Below are positions 49,118 to 58,935 of a DNA stretch of 64,000 bases, one piece after another. Positions within the stretch are counted from its first letter, which is position 1, and the number at the start of each line of letters is the position of its first letter. Source of the stretch: Candidatus Multivoradales bacterium (GTDB lineage: Bacteria > Acidobacteriota > Thermoanaerobaculia > Multivoradales > J023); assembly GCA_965248925.1 (NCBI GenBank), contig CBDFLE010000005.1, forward strand, positions 640,001 to 704,000, given 5' to 3'. The notes beneath the pieces are model-generated. The model had not been told where the DNA came from, made no database searches, and worked only from the letters and a program-made list of their open reading frames with translations. Made by a program: the position numbers and the translations under genes.

Positions 49118-52100
49118 CAGGGTCTAGCCAAGAGGTCACGATGCAGATTCTCGTAGCGCAGAGCGTCGGAGTTGGTGTTTGTCCCCCGTCTTGGCATATT
49201 GAAAAGGAAGTAGGCACTGGCATGACCAAACTCATGCACGAGTGCGGTGCCTGGGCTAACGGGAAAGGAGCCAGGCACGCCTTTGAAACGCCCTCTCGTG
49301 AATTCTCCTTCTACAAACGTCTTAGCGACCTGCTTGGGGTTGATGCGAATCAGAATATCGCCACTCCGCGGAGTACCAACCGGTGTTGAGAACGTAACGG
49401 CGCCGCCAAACTCAGAAAGATTATCGGAAGTGATGTCGACAATGACACCAGTCTCCGTGCCTATTGCCGCCCCAATCAGCGCTGCTGTCGGGTTCGAGGA
49501 TTCCGTGAAGAGATCGAGATCTCCTCCAGCGTTGATCTGGTACTCACCGTCGACCCCTGTGGCGACCAGGCTGCTAGCCAAGTTGGCTACTCCCGCCTCT
49601 CGGAGAGCCGTACGGAGAGCCTCCAACTCGGCTTGTACTTCGTTGATGCTGTCACCAACTGCAAAGATGATATTCCCGGTGGGATCAACGAACTTCAGTG
49701 GATTTCCGGCAGCGTACGTGTACCGATTCCATCGCCTGGGGTCGTGGCGAGCTTTATCTATAAGTGGAAGAGCATCCGCGCTCAAGAACCGCCCCACGAC
49801 CGGACTACAATGCCGAGCATGCATGTAGTCGAGGTCTCCGTTGGCCCCCACCCCATTCTCATCCCGTTCATGGCCGGTAAATTTCAGCTGAAACTCATCC
49901 GAGCTAGCGCTGGTCGCCTCCTGCCCAAACGGGTAGTAGCTGTGCAGCGCCACCTGGCTACCGCTCTTGGTCACCTGCCGCGGAGATCCAAGATGATCGA
50001 GATGGAAGCTGTAGGTCTCCTCCACACCGTTCGCGTCGGGGTCAACTGAAGCTAGCATCTGCCCACCCCGATAGACGTAGTCCCGCTCCCACTCGAAGCT
50101 TTCGCCCCGCGGATGGGTGAAGACCCGCAGCACCTCATTGCCGAGCCCGCGCAGGGTCCAGGTCTCGCTGGCGGGGCTGCTGACGCAGCTGCTGCCGGCG
50201 GCGCTGAAGCAGCTGAAGGTGACGATGCGCTCGTCATCAGCGTTGTAGATGTACACGCTCGCCTGGTCGGTGTTGCTTTGCAGGTGCTTCATCATGTTGG
50301 CGGCGTCGTAGGTGTACTGGTAGATCTCCGAGCTACTGTAACGCACGCGGGTCAGGTTGCCGCCAGCGTCGTACACCGTGCCGCTGAGGCCGAGGCGGTT
50401 GGTGCTGCTGCTCGGGCTCATGGTCTGGCTGGCGCCGTGGGTGACCATCTGGGTAAGGTTGCCGAAGTTGTCATAGCTCGCGGTCTGTAGGCGGTCGTTG
50501 CTGCCGACTTTTACCTCGCCGCTGACCAGGCGCTGGAATCGGTCATAGCGATATTGCAAGGAGCCGATGCGGTGGATATTTCCGGCTCCGTCGTAGTCGA
50601 AGGTGCCGGTGTCCCAGCCGGCGTTGGTAGAGATGCGCTCGGGCCGGGCGAGGCCGGAGGGATCGACCTGGTAGGTTTCGGTGATGCCGCTCTGGTGGCT
50701 GATCTGGGTCAGCATGCCGCCGCTCTGATAGCTGAGGCTGGAGGCGAAGCCGGGGACCGCGGTGAGGAAGCCCTTGTCGTAGGCGAAGCTCACCTGCCGC
50801 GGCGGGCTGACCTGGTCGCAGCTGTCGTTGCTGTGCAGGCAGTCGGGATAGTCGAGGGTCGCGAGGTTGCCTTGCAGGTCATAGGAGAACCCACTCTGGA
50901 AGGCGTAGTGGCCGACGCCGAGCTGATAGCGGGTCTGGCGCTCGGACATCCGGCCGCCACGACCCGCGTAGACGAAGCTCTCGGAGATTCGGACATCGAG
51001 GAAGCCAGGATTGGCGTTCAGCGGATTCACCAGATCCACCCAATTGTGGCGGGTGGTCTGCACCAGCTTGCCGGCCCGCTTGTCGGCACCGACGTTCTTG
51101 CGGCCGTAGCGGAACTCCTTGAGCTTGCGCGGCGAGCCACCGTTGCTCTCGTCAACTCGGATCAGGCGTCCGGCTGGATCGTAGAAGTAGTCGAGGTCGA
51201 ACTCGGTGGAGCCGCCGATGCGTTTGCTCAAAACGCTGCCACGAGCATCATAGGAATAGGTCGTGGCGCCGTTGCCCACTGGGCCGACTTCGGGATGGGT
51301 CTCGGAGGTCAGGAAGCTGCGACCGTCATAGTTGAAGAAGCGTTGCTGGCCACAGGTCGATCCAGTCCGATTCTGGCAAACGTGGGTGAGCCGCGAGCCG
51401 GCGTCGTAGGCGTAGCGAGTCAGCAAGCCGCCCGCGTTGCAGCTGCCATTCCAGGCCGCCGATCTGCCTTCACAAACCTCGAACAATCGGCCCTGGCCAT
51501 CGGAGATCTCGGTGTTGTAGGTGTCTTCTTGCACTCCGGAGGCGAGCATCACTTTGAACCGCCGCGTCTTGGTGCGTTCGCCCTCGTAGCTGAGGAATGT
51601 GGCCGGCTGGCTTGGTGGGGTGATCCTGCCGGGGCGGCCGAAGTTGTCGTACTGCTCGTACTTGGTGACGCGGCTGTCGGAAGTGGCGTTGAGGGTCCAC
51701 ACCGATTCCGCGGTCTTCCAGGCCCGTGGGTTGAAGCTCATGTGGCGGTACCAGCGCACTCCGCCGGGCAACTGCACCTGCTCTTTGACCCTACGGCCGA
51801 GGCCGTCGAAAGTGTGCTGGCGGTAGGCCAGCAGGCCGGAGCCCGAGCAGGCGGCGGTGGTGACGCACTGCTCTTCGGTCAGCAGCGGCATCAGGTTGAA
51901 GTTGCTCTGGGTGGCCAGCCGGTAGGTGTAGCGGCGCACCGCCTCGCTCTCGGGAAACTCGTGGGTCAAGCGGCCCTGCCGGTCATAGAGGAAGTCGATC
52001 TTGACCCCGGCGCTGTCTCGGCTGCGTTTGACCAGGCCGGTGTTCTTGTCGAGATCGTAGTCGGCCAGTTTGAGTAGCACTTCGCTGGTGGCGCAAGGGT

Positions 52101-54192
52101 TGACCACCGTCGAGTTTCTCAGCACGCCGTACTGGTAGCCGTAGTTGGTGCGGTAAAGGGCGCCGGATTGGGCCGGGTTGATGCTGCCCAGGCTTGCGGT
52201 GCTGATCGCCTGGCTGTCGCCGCCGTATTGCAGCTCAGAGGCGACGAAGCCGGTGCTGCCAGCCTGCACGAAGATGCTCAGCAGGTCGTTCGACTGCCGC
52301 GAGCCACCTGCCAACACCCTGCGTTTGCGCAGGAAGCCGTTGACTAGCGCAAAGTCATACTCGGTGGATTCGGTGACGCCGTTCTCGGTCACCGATTGCG
52401 AGTTGAAGGTCTCCAGCACCCAGGGCTGGGTCTGGCCGAACATGGCGAAATCGGTGGCCGGATCGATGGCGCCGGTGTCGCTGTTGGCGATCAGGTAGGA
52501 GCCGCGATTCTGGTTGTAGAAGGTCTCGCTCGCGCGCACGTTGCCGCTGGCGAAGTTGCCGCCGGTGGTGGTGGTGCGGAAATGGCCGAGGCCATCGAAG
52601 TCCGAGTGGGTGACCTCGCGGAACTTGTCGCCGTCGTCGTGGTAGATGACTTTGCGGTACTTCATCCGGTGGTTGCGGTCGGCGTAGGTCCCGGATGGAC
52701 CGTCGTTCTCATACTCCAGGAAGATCGAGCGGCGCTTGCTGCCGCTGGCCACCGAGCCCTGGTAGATCTCCTGCGACAAGTAGGGTGGGTTGTTGTTGAA
52801 GTAGTCGTTGGTGCCCGGCGTGCAGCGGGTGAAGGGCAGGCCGAAACCCTGGCGATGGATGCCCGCGGAGTTAAACCAGTGCTTTGTGTCGTTGCCTAGC
52901 GGGTCGGTCAAGGTGAGCGTGTGGTAGCAAGAGATCTGGCCGGGGCCGAGCACTCCCTGGGGGTCGTAATCGTAAGTCCAGGTGCCGTGGGGCGAGTTTG
53001 GATAGTCGCTGTCTTTGAGATAGGTCGACTTGGTGGCCACGCCGGTGCCGGTGTTGGCCCACTCGCGGCCCTCGGGCACATCTGGGCTTTGGGCGTGGAA
53101 ATCGATCTCTTGGTACTTCCAGCCAAAGGCACCATCGGTGGGCAGGCGGAGGAACTTGATGCCGCCCGAGAGTTTCTCTCCTACATTGTCGGTGTGGTAG
53201 TAGTCCATTTGGTAGAACGAGTCGTCGGGCAAGACCAGGCGTTCGAGCAGGCGGACGCCGGAAAGGGTGTCCCCTTCGGGCACACACGAAGGCTGCGCGC
53301 CTTGGCGCTCCAGGTCGACCGGGCCGGAGTAGACTAGATCGTAGACGGCGCTTTGGTTGTTGAAAGCGGCGAGGGTGACCTTCTCCAGTCGGCCGGCGGT
53401 GAAATCGAGGGAATGACTCCTGTTGGCGGAATCGGTGACGCTCCAATCGCCGCCCGAGGCGTAGGCTATCTTGACCCAATGGCCGAAGCGGTCGAGCATC
53501 TTGGTCACCCGCCAATCGAAGCTGGTGTGGCTGATGTTATGGAATTCATGCATCTCACCACTTGGGAATTCCACCGTCCGGCAATCCTGGTCGAGCAGAT
53601 TCGACGGCGTCTCGCAGGGGCTCGAGGCGAATGGGTAGTAGCGCATTCTCAGGTAGGTACTGTCGCGGGTGAACCAGGTGTTGGGCTGGGTGCCGGCGGG
53701 CGGGTAGGTGCCGCTCTGGGCCGGGTGGAGGAAATCGTGGAAGGCGTGTTGCCCGCCGTCAGGGCTCAAATAGGAAAACCCGCTGAAGGGTGGCGCGGGA
53801 TTGCCGCCTTCGGAGCGCACCAACTGGCCAAGATTGACCCGCCACCCCCAGCCAGAATTCGCATCGAGATCTTGAATCGGCAAGTTGTAGGAAACCAGCA
53901 TCTGGTTGGGCGGCGTGCCCTCGGTGCAGCTCTGTTGGTCGTCAAAGTCCCAGCCGCTGGAGTTGTAGGTCAGGGTGAAGCCGTAGCTCAGAGTGGGACC
54001 CACCGGGTAGCTCTGGCCGAGGGGCAGGCGGAGCGACAGATTCCCCGAGAAGAGGTTGATCGAATCGATGGCGCCGACTTGGAAGGCGGTGTCGGCGGTG
54101 ACGCCCCGCTGGTGGCTCTGGGGCTGTTGCGCGGCGGTCGGCCCGGCGAGGGCAACGTAGAGAAGTGAGGCGATGAGAATTTTCTGTTGCAT
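49093..54192 (-). CDS. Rhs/YD-repeat polymorphic toxin A with signal peptide and C-terminal zinc metallopeptidase-like tip
   Basis: Signal peptide, YD repeats, core DHLGS..YYPFG..KFTGHERD..GRFLS..NPLKFVDPTG, and tip with HEFGH...EN. Confidence 0.93.
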   Translation of the reverse strand: MQQKILIASLLYVALAGPTAAQQPQSHQRGVTADTAFQVGAIDSINLFSGNLSLRLPLGQSYPVGPTLSYGFTLTYNSSGWDFDDQQSCTEGTPPNQMLVSYNLPIQDLDANSGWGWRVNLGQLVRSEGGNPAPPFSGFSYLSPDGGQHAFHDFLHPAQSGTYPPAGTQPNTWFTRDSTYLRMRYYPFASSPCETPSNLLDQDCRTVEFPSGEMHEFHNISHTSFDWRVTKMLDRFGHWVKIAYASGGDWSVTDSANRSHSLDFTAGRLEKVTLAAFNNQSAVYDLVYSGPVDLERQGAQPSCVPEGDTLSGVRLLERLVLPDDSFYQMDYYHTDNVGEKLSGGIKFLRLPTDGAFGWKYQEIDFHAQSPDVPEGREWANTGTGVATKSTYLKDSDYPNSPHGTWTYDYDPQGVLGPGQISCYHTLTLTDPLGNDTKHWFNSAGIHRQGFGLPFTRCTPGTNDYFNNNPPYLSQEIYQGSVASGSKRRSIFLEYENDGPSGTYADRNHRMKYRKVIYHDDGDKFREVTHSDFDGLGHFRTTTTGGNFASGNVRASETFYNQNRGSYLIANSDTGAIDPATDFAMFGQTQPWVLETFNSQSVTENGVTESTEYDFALVNGFLRKRRVLAGGSRQSNDLLSIFVQAGSTGFVASELQYGGDSQAISTASLGSINPAQSGALYRTNYGYQYGVLRNSTVVNPCATSEVLLKLADYDLDKNTGLVKRSRDSAGVKIDFLYDRQGRLTHEFPESEAVRRYTYRLATQSNFNLMPLLTEEQCVTTAACSGSGLLAYRQHTFDGLGRRVKEQVQLPGGVRWYRHMSFNPRAWKTAESVWTLNATSDSRVTKYEQYDNFGRPGRITPPSQPATFLSYEGERTKTRRFKVMLASGVQEDTYNTEISDGQGRLFEVCEGRSAAWNGSCNAGGLLTRYAYDAGSRLTHVCQNRTGSTCGQQRFFNYDGRSFLTSETHPEVGPVGNGATTYSYDARGSVLSKRIGGSTEFDLDYFYDPAGRLIRVDESNGGSPRKLKEFRYGRKNVGADKRAGKLVQTTRHNWVDLVNPLNANPGFLDVRISESFVYAGRGGRMSERQTRYQLGVGHYAFQSGFSYDLQGNLATLDYPDCLHSNDSCDQVSPPRQVSFAYDKGFLTAVPGFASSLSYQSGGMLTQISHQSGITETYQVDPSGLARPERISTNAGWDTGTFDYDGAGNIHRIGSLQYRYDRFQRLVSGEVKVGSNDRLQTASYDNFGNLTQMVTHGASQTMSPSSSTNRLGLSGTVYDAGGNLTRVRYSSSEIYQYTYDAANMMKHLQSNTDQASVYIYNADDERIVTFSCFSAAGSSCVSSPASETWTLRGLGNEVLRVFTHPRGESFEWERDYVYRGGQMLASVDPDANGVEETYSFHLDHLGSPRQVTKSGSQVALHSYYPFGQEATSASSDEFQLKFTGHERDENGVGANGDLDYMHARHCSPVVGRFLSADALPLIDKARHDPRRWNRYTYAAGNPLKFVDPTGNIIFAVGDSINEVQAELEALRTALREAGVANLASSLVATGVDGEYQINAGGDLDLFTESSNPTAALIGAAIGTETGVIVDITSDNLSEFGGAVTFSTPVGTPRSGDILIRINPKQVAKTFVEGEFTRGRFKGVPGSFPVSPGTALVHEFGHASAYFLFNMPRRGTNTNSDALRYENLHRDLLARPCCTRRTKH

Positions 54193-54206
54193 AGTCTTGG
54201 ACTCCT

Positions 54207-54641
54207 TCAGCAGCCGCTGCCGGGGCAGGTGCTATCCCATTGATTGGCATTGCCAGACTCAAAGTTGTCGCCAAAGAGCACGGCGATGGACTTGACGGCG
54301 ACGGTGGCCGAGGTGCTGTGGTGGGTCTCGTCTTCGATGCGGTAGGTCAGGGTGCAGTTGGCATCGATCGAGGGGTTGGGGGTCAAGCGGATCAGATCGA
54401 GCACGATCTCGGTGCTCGCCGGGCAGGTGCTGGCGAGGACGGTGACAGTCAGGGCTTCGCCGTCGGGCTCGGTGTCGTTGGCCAGGACATCAATCAGGAT
54501 CGGGGCGGAGGCGGCTTCGGCGTTGTCGCCCGAGGCGATGGGGGTGCTGTTGCATTGAGCGTGGGCGGTGGCGGCGGCGACTGCGACTGCCAGTAGGCAG
54601 GCGGCGTTTAGGATCGAACATCTGGGGATTCTGTCTCTCAA
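54207..54641 (-). CDS. small secreted Ig/cadherin-like domain protein with C-terminal LFGDNFES motif
   Basis: Signal peptide, PIASGD..IDVLANDTEPDGEALTV..LTYRIED and LFGDNFESGNANQW; ends 14 bp before the Rhs-A start. Confidence 0.8.
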   Translation of the reverse strand: MRDRIPRCSILNAACLLAVAVAAATAHAQCNSTPIASGDNAEAASAPILIDVLANDTEPDGEALTVTVLASTCPASTEIVLDLIRLTPNPSIDANCTLTYRIEDETHHSTSATVAVKSIAVLFGDNFESGNANQWDSTCPGSGC

Positions 54642-54978
54642 GGCTACCTCACTTTCTGGAAGATTCTAGATTCGTTCTCTTGCTTGGACTGGCCCTAGGC
54701 CCACCAGGTTCCCGCTCGACTTTGTTTCGTCAAACAAGCTATGGGAAAAGATGTTAGAGACCAAACGGTTCATTTTGGCAGGCTGGAAATGAACCGTTTC
54801 CCCTCGATCCACTGAATGACAGAGATTGCACGCGAGGGAACTCCTTGTTTTCGATATTCTGATATTGTCTACATATATCAATGGTCAAAATCGCGGCGTG
54901 CATTCGATAGCCGCACATCCAATCCCGAGGTCATTCGGCGGGCACTGCTCGCGCAACTCGCAAAAGACCAATAAGCGC

Positions 54979-55488
54979 TCACTCCACCACGGCACTCCGC
55001 CCCCGCAACAGCACCACCACCCGAGCAGCACACCTCGCGAGATCGTCTCCGACCTCCAGCGACTCAATCCAGCCGCTCAGCCGTCGGCGTGCTTTTCCTG
55101 TCGGCCGGTGCGCCTGCTGCTCCCATCCCGAAATCGTCTCTGGTGCCACGTCGATGACCGTGGCGAGAGAGCGCTGCGAAAATCCGAGCCTGCGCCGCAA
55201 AGCCATCAGCAGCTCAGCCACATTCTCGGGCTCAGGGTTTGGATCGTAGCCAAGCCAGTCCGTGAGTGCCGGCCAAAACCGGACTTCCGGGTAGCCCCTG
55301 TCATGTTCCCAATTTACTATCGAACCCAGACAGACGCCGAGCGTTCGGGCAACGTCTTTCTGCAACTGACCACGATCAAGCCGACATCTCTTGATGTGGT
55401 TACCAATCGTAACAAGTTCTCGCGGATACCCCGCAATCTTGGGGATACGTCCTCTCAACTGGACATGGCAAAAGGGGGCCGCAATCAT
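54979..55488 (-). CDS. tandem XRE-family helix-turn-helix protein
   Basis: IGNHIKRCRLDRGQLQKDVARTLGV..IVNWE and LRRRLGFSQRSLATVIDV..ISGWE; start uncertain. Confidence 0.8.
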   Translation of the reverse strand: MIAAPFCHVQLRGRIPKIAGYPRELVTIGNHIKRCRLDRGQLQKDVARTLGVCLGSIVNWEHDRGYPEVRFWPALTDWLGYDPNPEPENVAELLMALRRRLGFSQRSLATVIDVAPETISGWEQQAHRPTGKARRRLSGWIESLEVGDDLARCAARVVVLLRGRSAVVE

Positions 55489-55970
55489 GCAAGTGCGGGC
55501 ATTTGGGGGACGATCGGCATCACTGCAAATGCTCGCCACAGATGATCGAGCGCTATCGCAGTCGGGTCTCAGGGCCGCTGCTCGACCGCATCGACATGCA
55601 TGTCGAGGTACCCGCGGTGAGCCTTGCCGAGTTGCGCAGCGAAGCCACCGAAGGGACTCGGGAAGTAGCGTGGAGAGTGCGCCAGGCGAGAGAGATCCAG
55701 CGCAGTAGATTCGGCTCCCAGACGGACCTGCCGGTCAATGCCTCCCTGGGGAGCGACGGCATCGAGCAGCATTGCGTGCTAGCGCCCGATGCCCAGCGCT
55801 TGGTCGACACCGCCTTCGACAAGCTCAAGCTGTCGGCACGGGCACTCAGCCGCATCCTCAAGCTATCCCGCACCATCGCCGACCTCGACAGTTCGGCGGA
55901 GATTCGGGCAGCGCATGCCGCCGAGGCCATTCAATACCGCAGCCTGGACCAGCGATCGGAGCGAGGCTGA
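55488..55970 (+). pseudogene. comM: 3' fragment of comM / YifB Mg-chelatase-like ATPase
   Basis: CKCGHLGD..CKCS..YRSRVSGPLLDRID, LSARALSRILKLSRTIADL and AEAIQYR; everything upstream of the NPCxCG position is missing. Confidence 0.9.
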
Positions 55971-56400
55971 TGCCACGTTTACCACGCTACTTGCCGCGTC
56001 CCGGCTGCTTGGTCGAGATCACCCAGCGGACTCTGCAAGGGCTCTACCTCCTACGACCGAGCCGGCGTCTCAATCAGCTTCTAATCGGAATTCTTGCCAA
56101 AGCCCAGCAAGAAACCGAGCTCGCCGTCCATGCGATCGCCGTCCTCTCAAATCACTTCCACCTACTCGCTTCACCGGCTGCCTATTCCGACGAAACTGAC
56201 CAGCCATTCCGATCGAAACCGACCACTTGTCGGAGCGAAGCGACGCTGGCGCTCTCCTCAGTTGTAAGTGTCCACTTTCGCTGTAGCTGGAGCCCTCCTT
56301 CCGGCTCTTCTTCTTGATTGATTGTATTCAAATAACCCGTCGTCGGGGCTGTGCGTAGCTGTGGGAAACGCAGGTTGGGGGGCAGGGGGGCGTTTTCCAA

Positions 56401-56437
56401 GCGGTTGTGGGAATCGCAGAGCGATTTCCACAACCGC
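56401..56437. other. 17-bp stem hairpin downstream of istB
   Basis: gcggttgtgggaatcgc-aga-gcgatttccacaaccgc, with one G-T pair. Confidence 0.7.
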
Positions 56438-57299
56438 GGCAGCTTCCACAGTCCATCTTGGGTCGGGTCCGGATCGGGCCGCAGGCCCGCTGATGGGTCA
56501 GGATCGGCGATCGCTTCAGCATGCTCTTGGATCTCACCTTGCCTCTCGCTGGGCGGCCTTGCGAATACCGCCGGCTCTCTTCGCCCGCATGGAGTCACCG
56601 TCCACCGCGAGCTTGTAGGCGCCGTGGACAATGCGATCGAGGATGGCGTCGGCCAAGGTCGGATCGCCGATGACCTCGTACCAGCTCTCAACCGGTAGCT
56701 GGGAGGTCACCAGCGTGGAGCGGTTGCCGTAGCGGTCCTCAAGAATCTCGAGCAGGTCGCGCCGCTCGCTGGCCCCGATCGGCGCCAGCCCCCAGTCGTC
56801 GAGGATGAGCAGGTCTGTGCGAGCATAGCTCTTGAGCAGCTTCTCGTAGCTACCATCACCCCGCGCGATGGCGAGCTGGCGAAACAGCCTCGGCACCCGC
56901 AGGTACAAAGCGGTGTAACCCTCCCGACATGCCTTGTGCGCGAAGGCGCAGGCGAGAAAGGTCTTGCCCACCCCGGCCTTGCCGGTGATCAGCACGTTGA
57001 GATGCTCGGCGATCCACTGGCACGAGGCCAGGCGCAGGATCTGGCCTTTGTCCAGGCCCCTCTTGGCTCGCCAGTCGATGTCTTCGATGGCCGCCTGCTC
57101 GCGCAGCTTGGCTTTTCGCAACCGCGCTATCAAGCGGCGGCTGGATCGCTCGGTCGCTTCGCGCTCGACCAGCAGCCCGAGGCGCTCTTCGAAGGAGAGC
57201 TCTGAGACATCGACCATCGACAGCTGCTCCTCAAAGGCTTTGGCCATACCGTGGAGCTTCGGAATGTGTCAATGAAAGTGAGACACTTTCTTCTGGGAA

Positions 57300-58421
57300 T
57301 TAGTACGGAATCGGTAGTGGCTCCGGCACCATCGCTTTCAGCGAGGGCGCGCAGCCAGGGGTCTCGCCTGGTGCGTCGTTGTGTACGCGGTGTGTCACTA
57401 CGTTCTCGGTATCGACTGGGTCAGTGCTGGCGGCGGTGGTCGGCGGGTTGATCCAGACCTTGTCACTGGGCTCCGGCAAAGCCGGCGCTCGCCGCTTGAA
57501 GCGGCTTGGATGAGCGGCTGAGGCGGCGGCGAGGACTTCTCGACGTTGCTCCAGTACTGAGGCCGTGAGGCCGTAGTGGACGGTCTCTGGCGTCAACAAG
57601 CCGAGTCCTGTGTGGTAGTGCTGCGTGTTGTACCAGCCGATGAACGAGCGGCAGAATGCTCGTGCATCTTCCAGTGATCCGAAGCGGTCGGGAAAGCTCG
57701 GATGGTACTTGAGCGTCTTGAACTGGGCCTCAGAGAACGGATTGTCGTTGCTCGTGTAGGGCCGGTTCAGCGACCGTGTCATCCCGAGATCGGCCAGCAG
57801 TAGAGCCACTGGCTTGGATGTCATGCTCGAACCGCGGTCCGAGTGCAAGGTAAGTCGATCTCGCTCAACACCTTGCTTCTCAACACTGTCGGCGATCAAC
57901 CGCTTCGCGAGCCCTCCGGACTCGCGGCAGGCGAGCATCCAGCCGACGATGTAGCGGCTGAAGACGTCCAGAATTACGTAAAGGTAGTAGTGGGTCCACT
58001 TCACCGGGCCCTTGAGCTTGGTGATGTCCCACGACCACACCTCGTTCGGCCCTGTGGCCAGCAGTTCGGGCTTGGTGTAGTTGGGATGACGCCGCTGACG
58101 GCGTCGCTCGCGCAGCTCGCCCTCAGACTCCAGGACCCGGTACATGGTGCGCACCGAGCAGATATGGCGCTGATCCTCGTCCAGCAGCGCCGCCCAGACT
58201 TGACGCGGCGAGCGGTCGACGAAGCGCTCCGAGTGCAACACATCGAGGACCTCCTGGCGTTCAGCGGGCGTCAATGCCAGCGGCGGTCGAGGCCGCGTTG
58301 ATAGCTGCGGCCCTGCGCTCTGCTGCCGACGGCGGCGATAGAAAGTGGCTCTGGGGACCGCCAAGGCGACGCAGGCTGCTTGCACCCCCACCGTCTCGGC
58401 CAGCGGCGCCACAGCGCTCAT
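57300..58421 (-). CDS. IS3 transposase OrfB (DDE)
   Basis: WSWDIT, LDVFSRY, HSDRGS, DNPFSEAQFKTLKY and WYN..H. Confidence 0.93.
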   Translation of the reverse strand: MSAVAPLAETVGVQAACVALAVPRATFYRRRRQQSAGPQLSTRPRPPLALTPAERQEVLDVLHSERFVDRSPRQVWAALLDEDQRHICSVRTMYRVLESEGELRERRRQRRHPNYTKPELLATGPNEVWSWDITKLKGPVKWTHYYLYVILDVFSRYIVGWMLACRESGGLAKRLIADSVEKQGVERDRLTLHSDRGSSMTSKPVALLLADLGMTRSLNRPYTSNDNPFSEAQFKTLKYHPSFPDRFGSLEDARAFCRSFIGWYNTQHYHTGLGLLTPETVHYGLTASVLEQRREVLAAASAAHPSRFKRRAPALPEPSDKVWINPPTTAASTDPVDTENVVTHRVHNDAPGETPGCAPSLKAMVPEPLPIPY

Positions 58422-58882
58422 GGCTGGCTCTCGCTCGGCTCGATCCCTAGCAGCCGGGAAAGTTTTTTTTGGACATCGATGATCGTCTCGGCTTTGTACA
58501 GCTGATGCTTGAGCCGGGCATTCTCACGCTCAAGCTCCGCGACGCGGCGGGCCTCGGCAGAGACCGGTCGACGCTTGCGACCGCGCTTCTTCGACAGACC
58601 GGCCAGAGCTCCCGTGTCGCGCTGACGGCGCCACGTCGACAGTAGCGAGGAATACAGACCCTCCTGGCGAAGCAGGGCGCCAATCTCGCCGGGCTTGCTA
58701 CAGGCGTCGGCGGCCTGGACGATGCGCAGCTTGTACGACGCGCTGTACCGCCGCCGCTTCGCCTTCTCAGCTACCTCGGGATCTGGTCGGTCAGCACCCA
58801 TATCTCGCAGCTCGTGGCTTGGACTCGCCATGGTGATTGCTCTCCACACCCTCACTAATTTCTCGGTACTTGAGTGTCTCAC
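58418..58882 (-). CDS. IS3 transposase OrfA
   Basis: RRRYSASYKLRIV..LLRQEGLYSS..WR and VQKK; A8 slippery tract at 58463-58470 suggests a -1 frameshift. Confidence 0.88.
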   Translation of the reverse strand: MRHSSTEKLVRVWRAITMASPSHELRDMGADRPDPEVAEKAKRRRYSASYKLRIVQAADACSKPGEIGALLRQEGLYSSLLSTWRRQRDTGALAGLSKKRGRKRRPVSAEARRVAELERENARLKHQLYKAETIIDVQKKLSRLLGIEPSESQP

Positions 58883-58935
58883 TTACATTGGCACAGAGGG
58901 CTTGAGCGCGGCGAGTTGATCGAGCGTCGCGTGCC

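Larger units (their letters stand above)
57260..58899 (-). mobile_element. IS3-family insertion sequence
   Basis: IRs TGTGTCAATGAAAGTGAGACA / TGTGCCAATGTAAGTGAGACA; TSD GCTT at 57256-57259 and 58900-58903. Confidence 0.92.

Noticed and set aside
50554-52077. 507-aa plus-strand ORF
   Set aside because: Antisense to Rhs-A; typical of high-GC codon bias.
54666-55545. 71-aa ORF (54666-54881) and 239-aa ORF (54826-55545)
   Set aside because: The first has no motif support; the second is antisense to the HTH gene.
56182-56691. ORFs in the IS21 3' tail
   Set aside because: They overlap istB and the terminal repeats and show no protein motifs.
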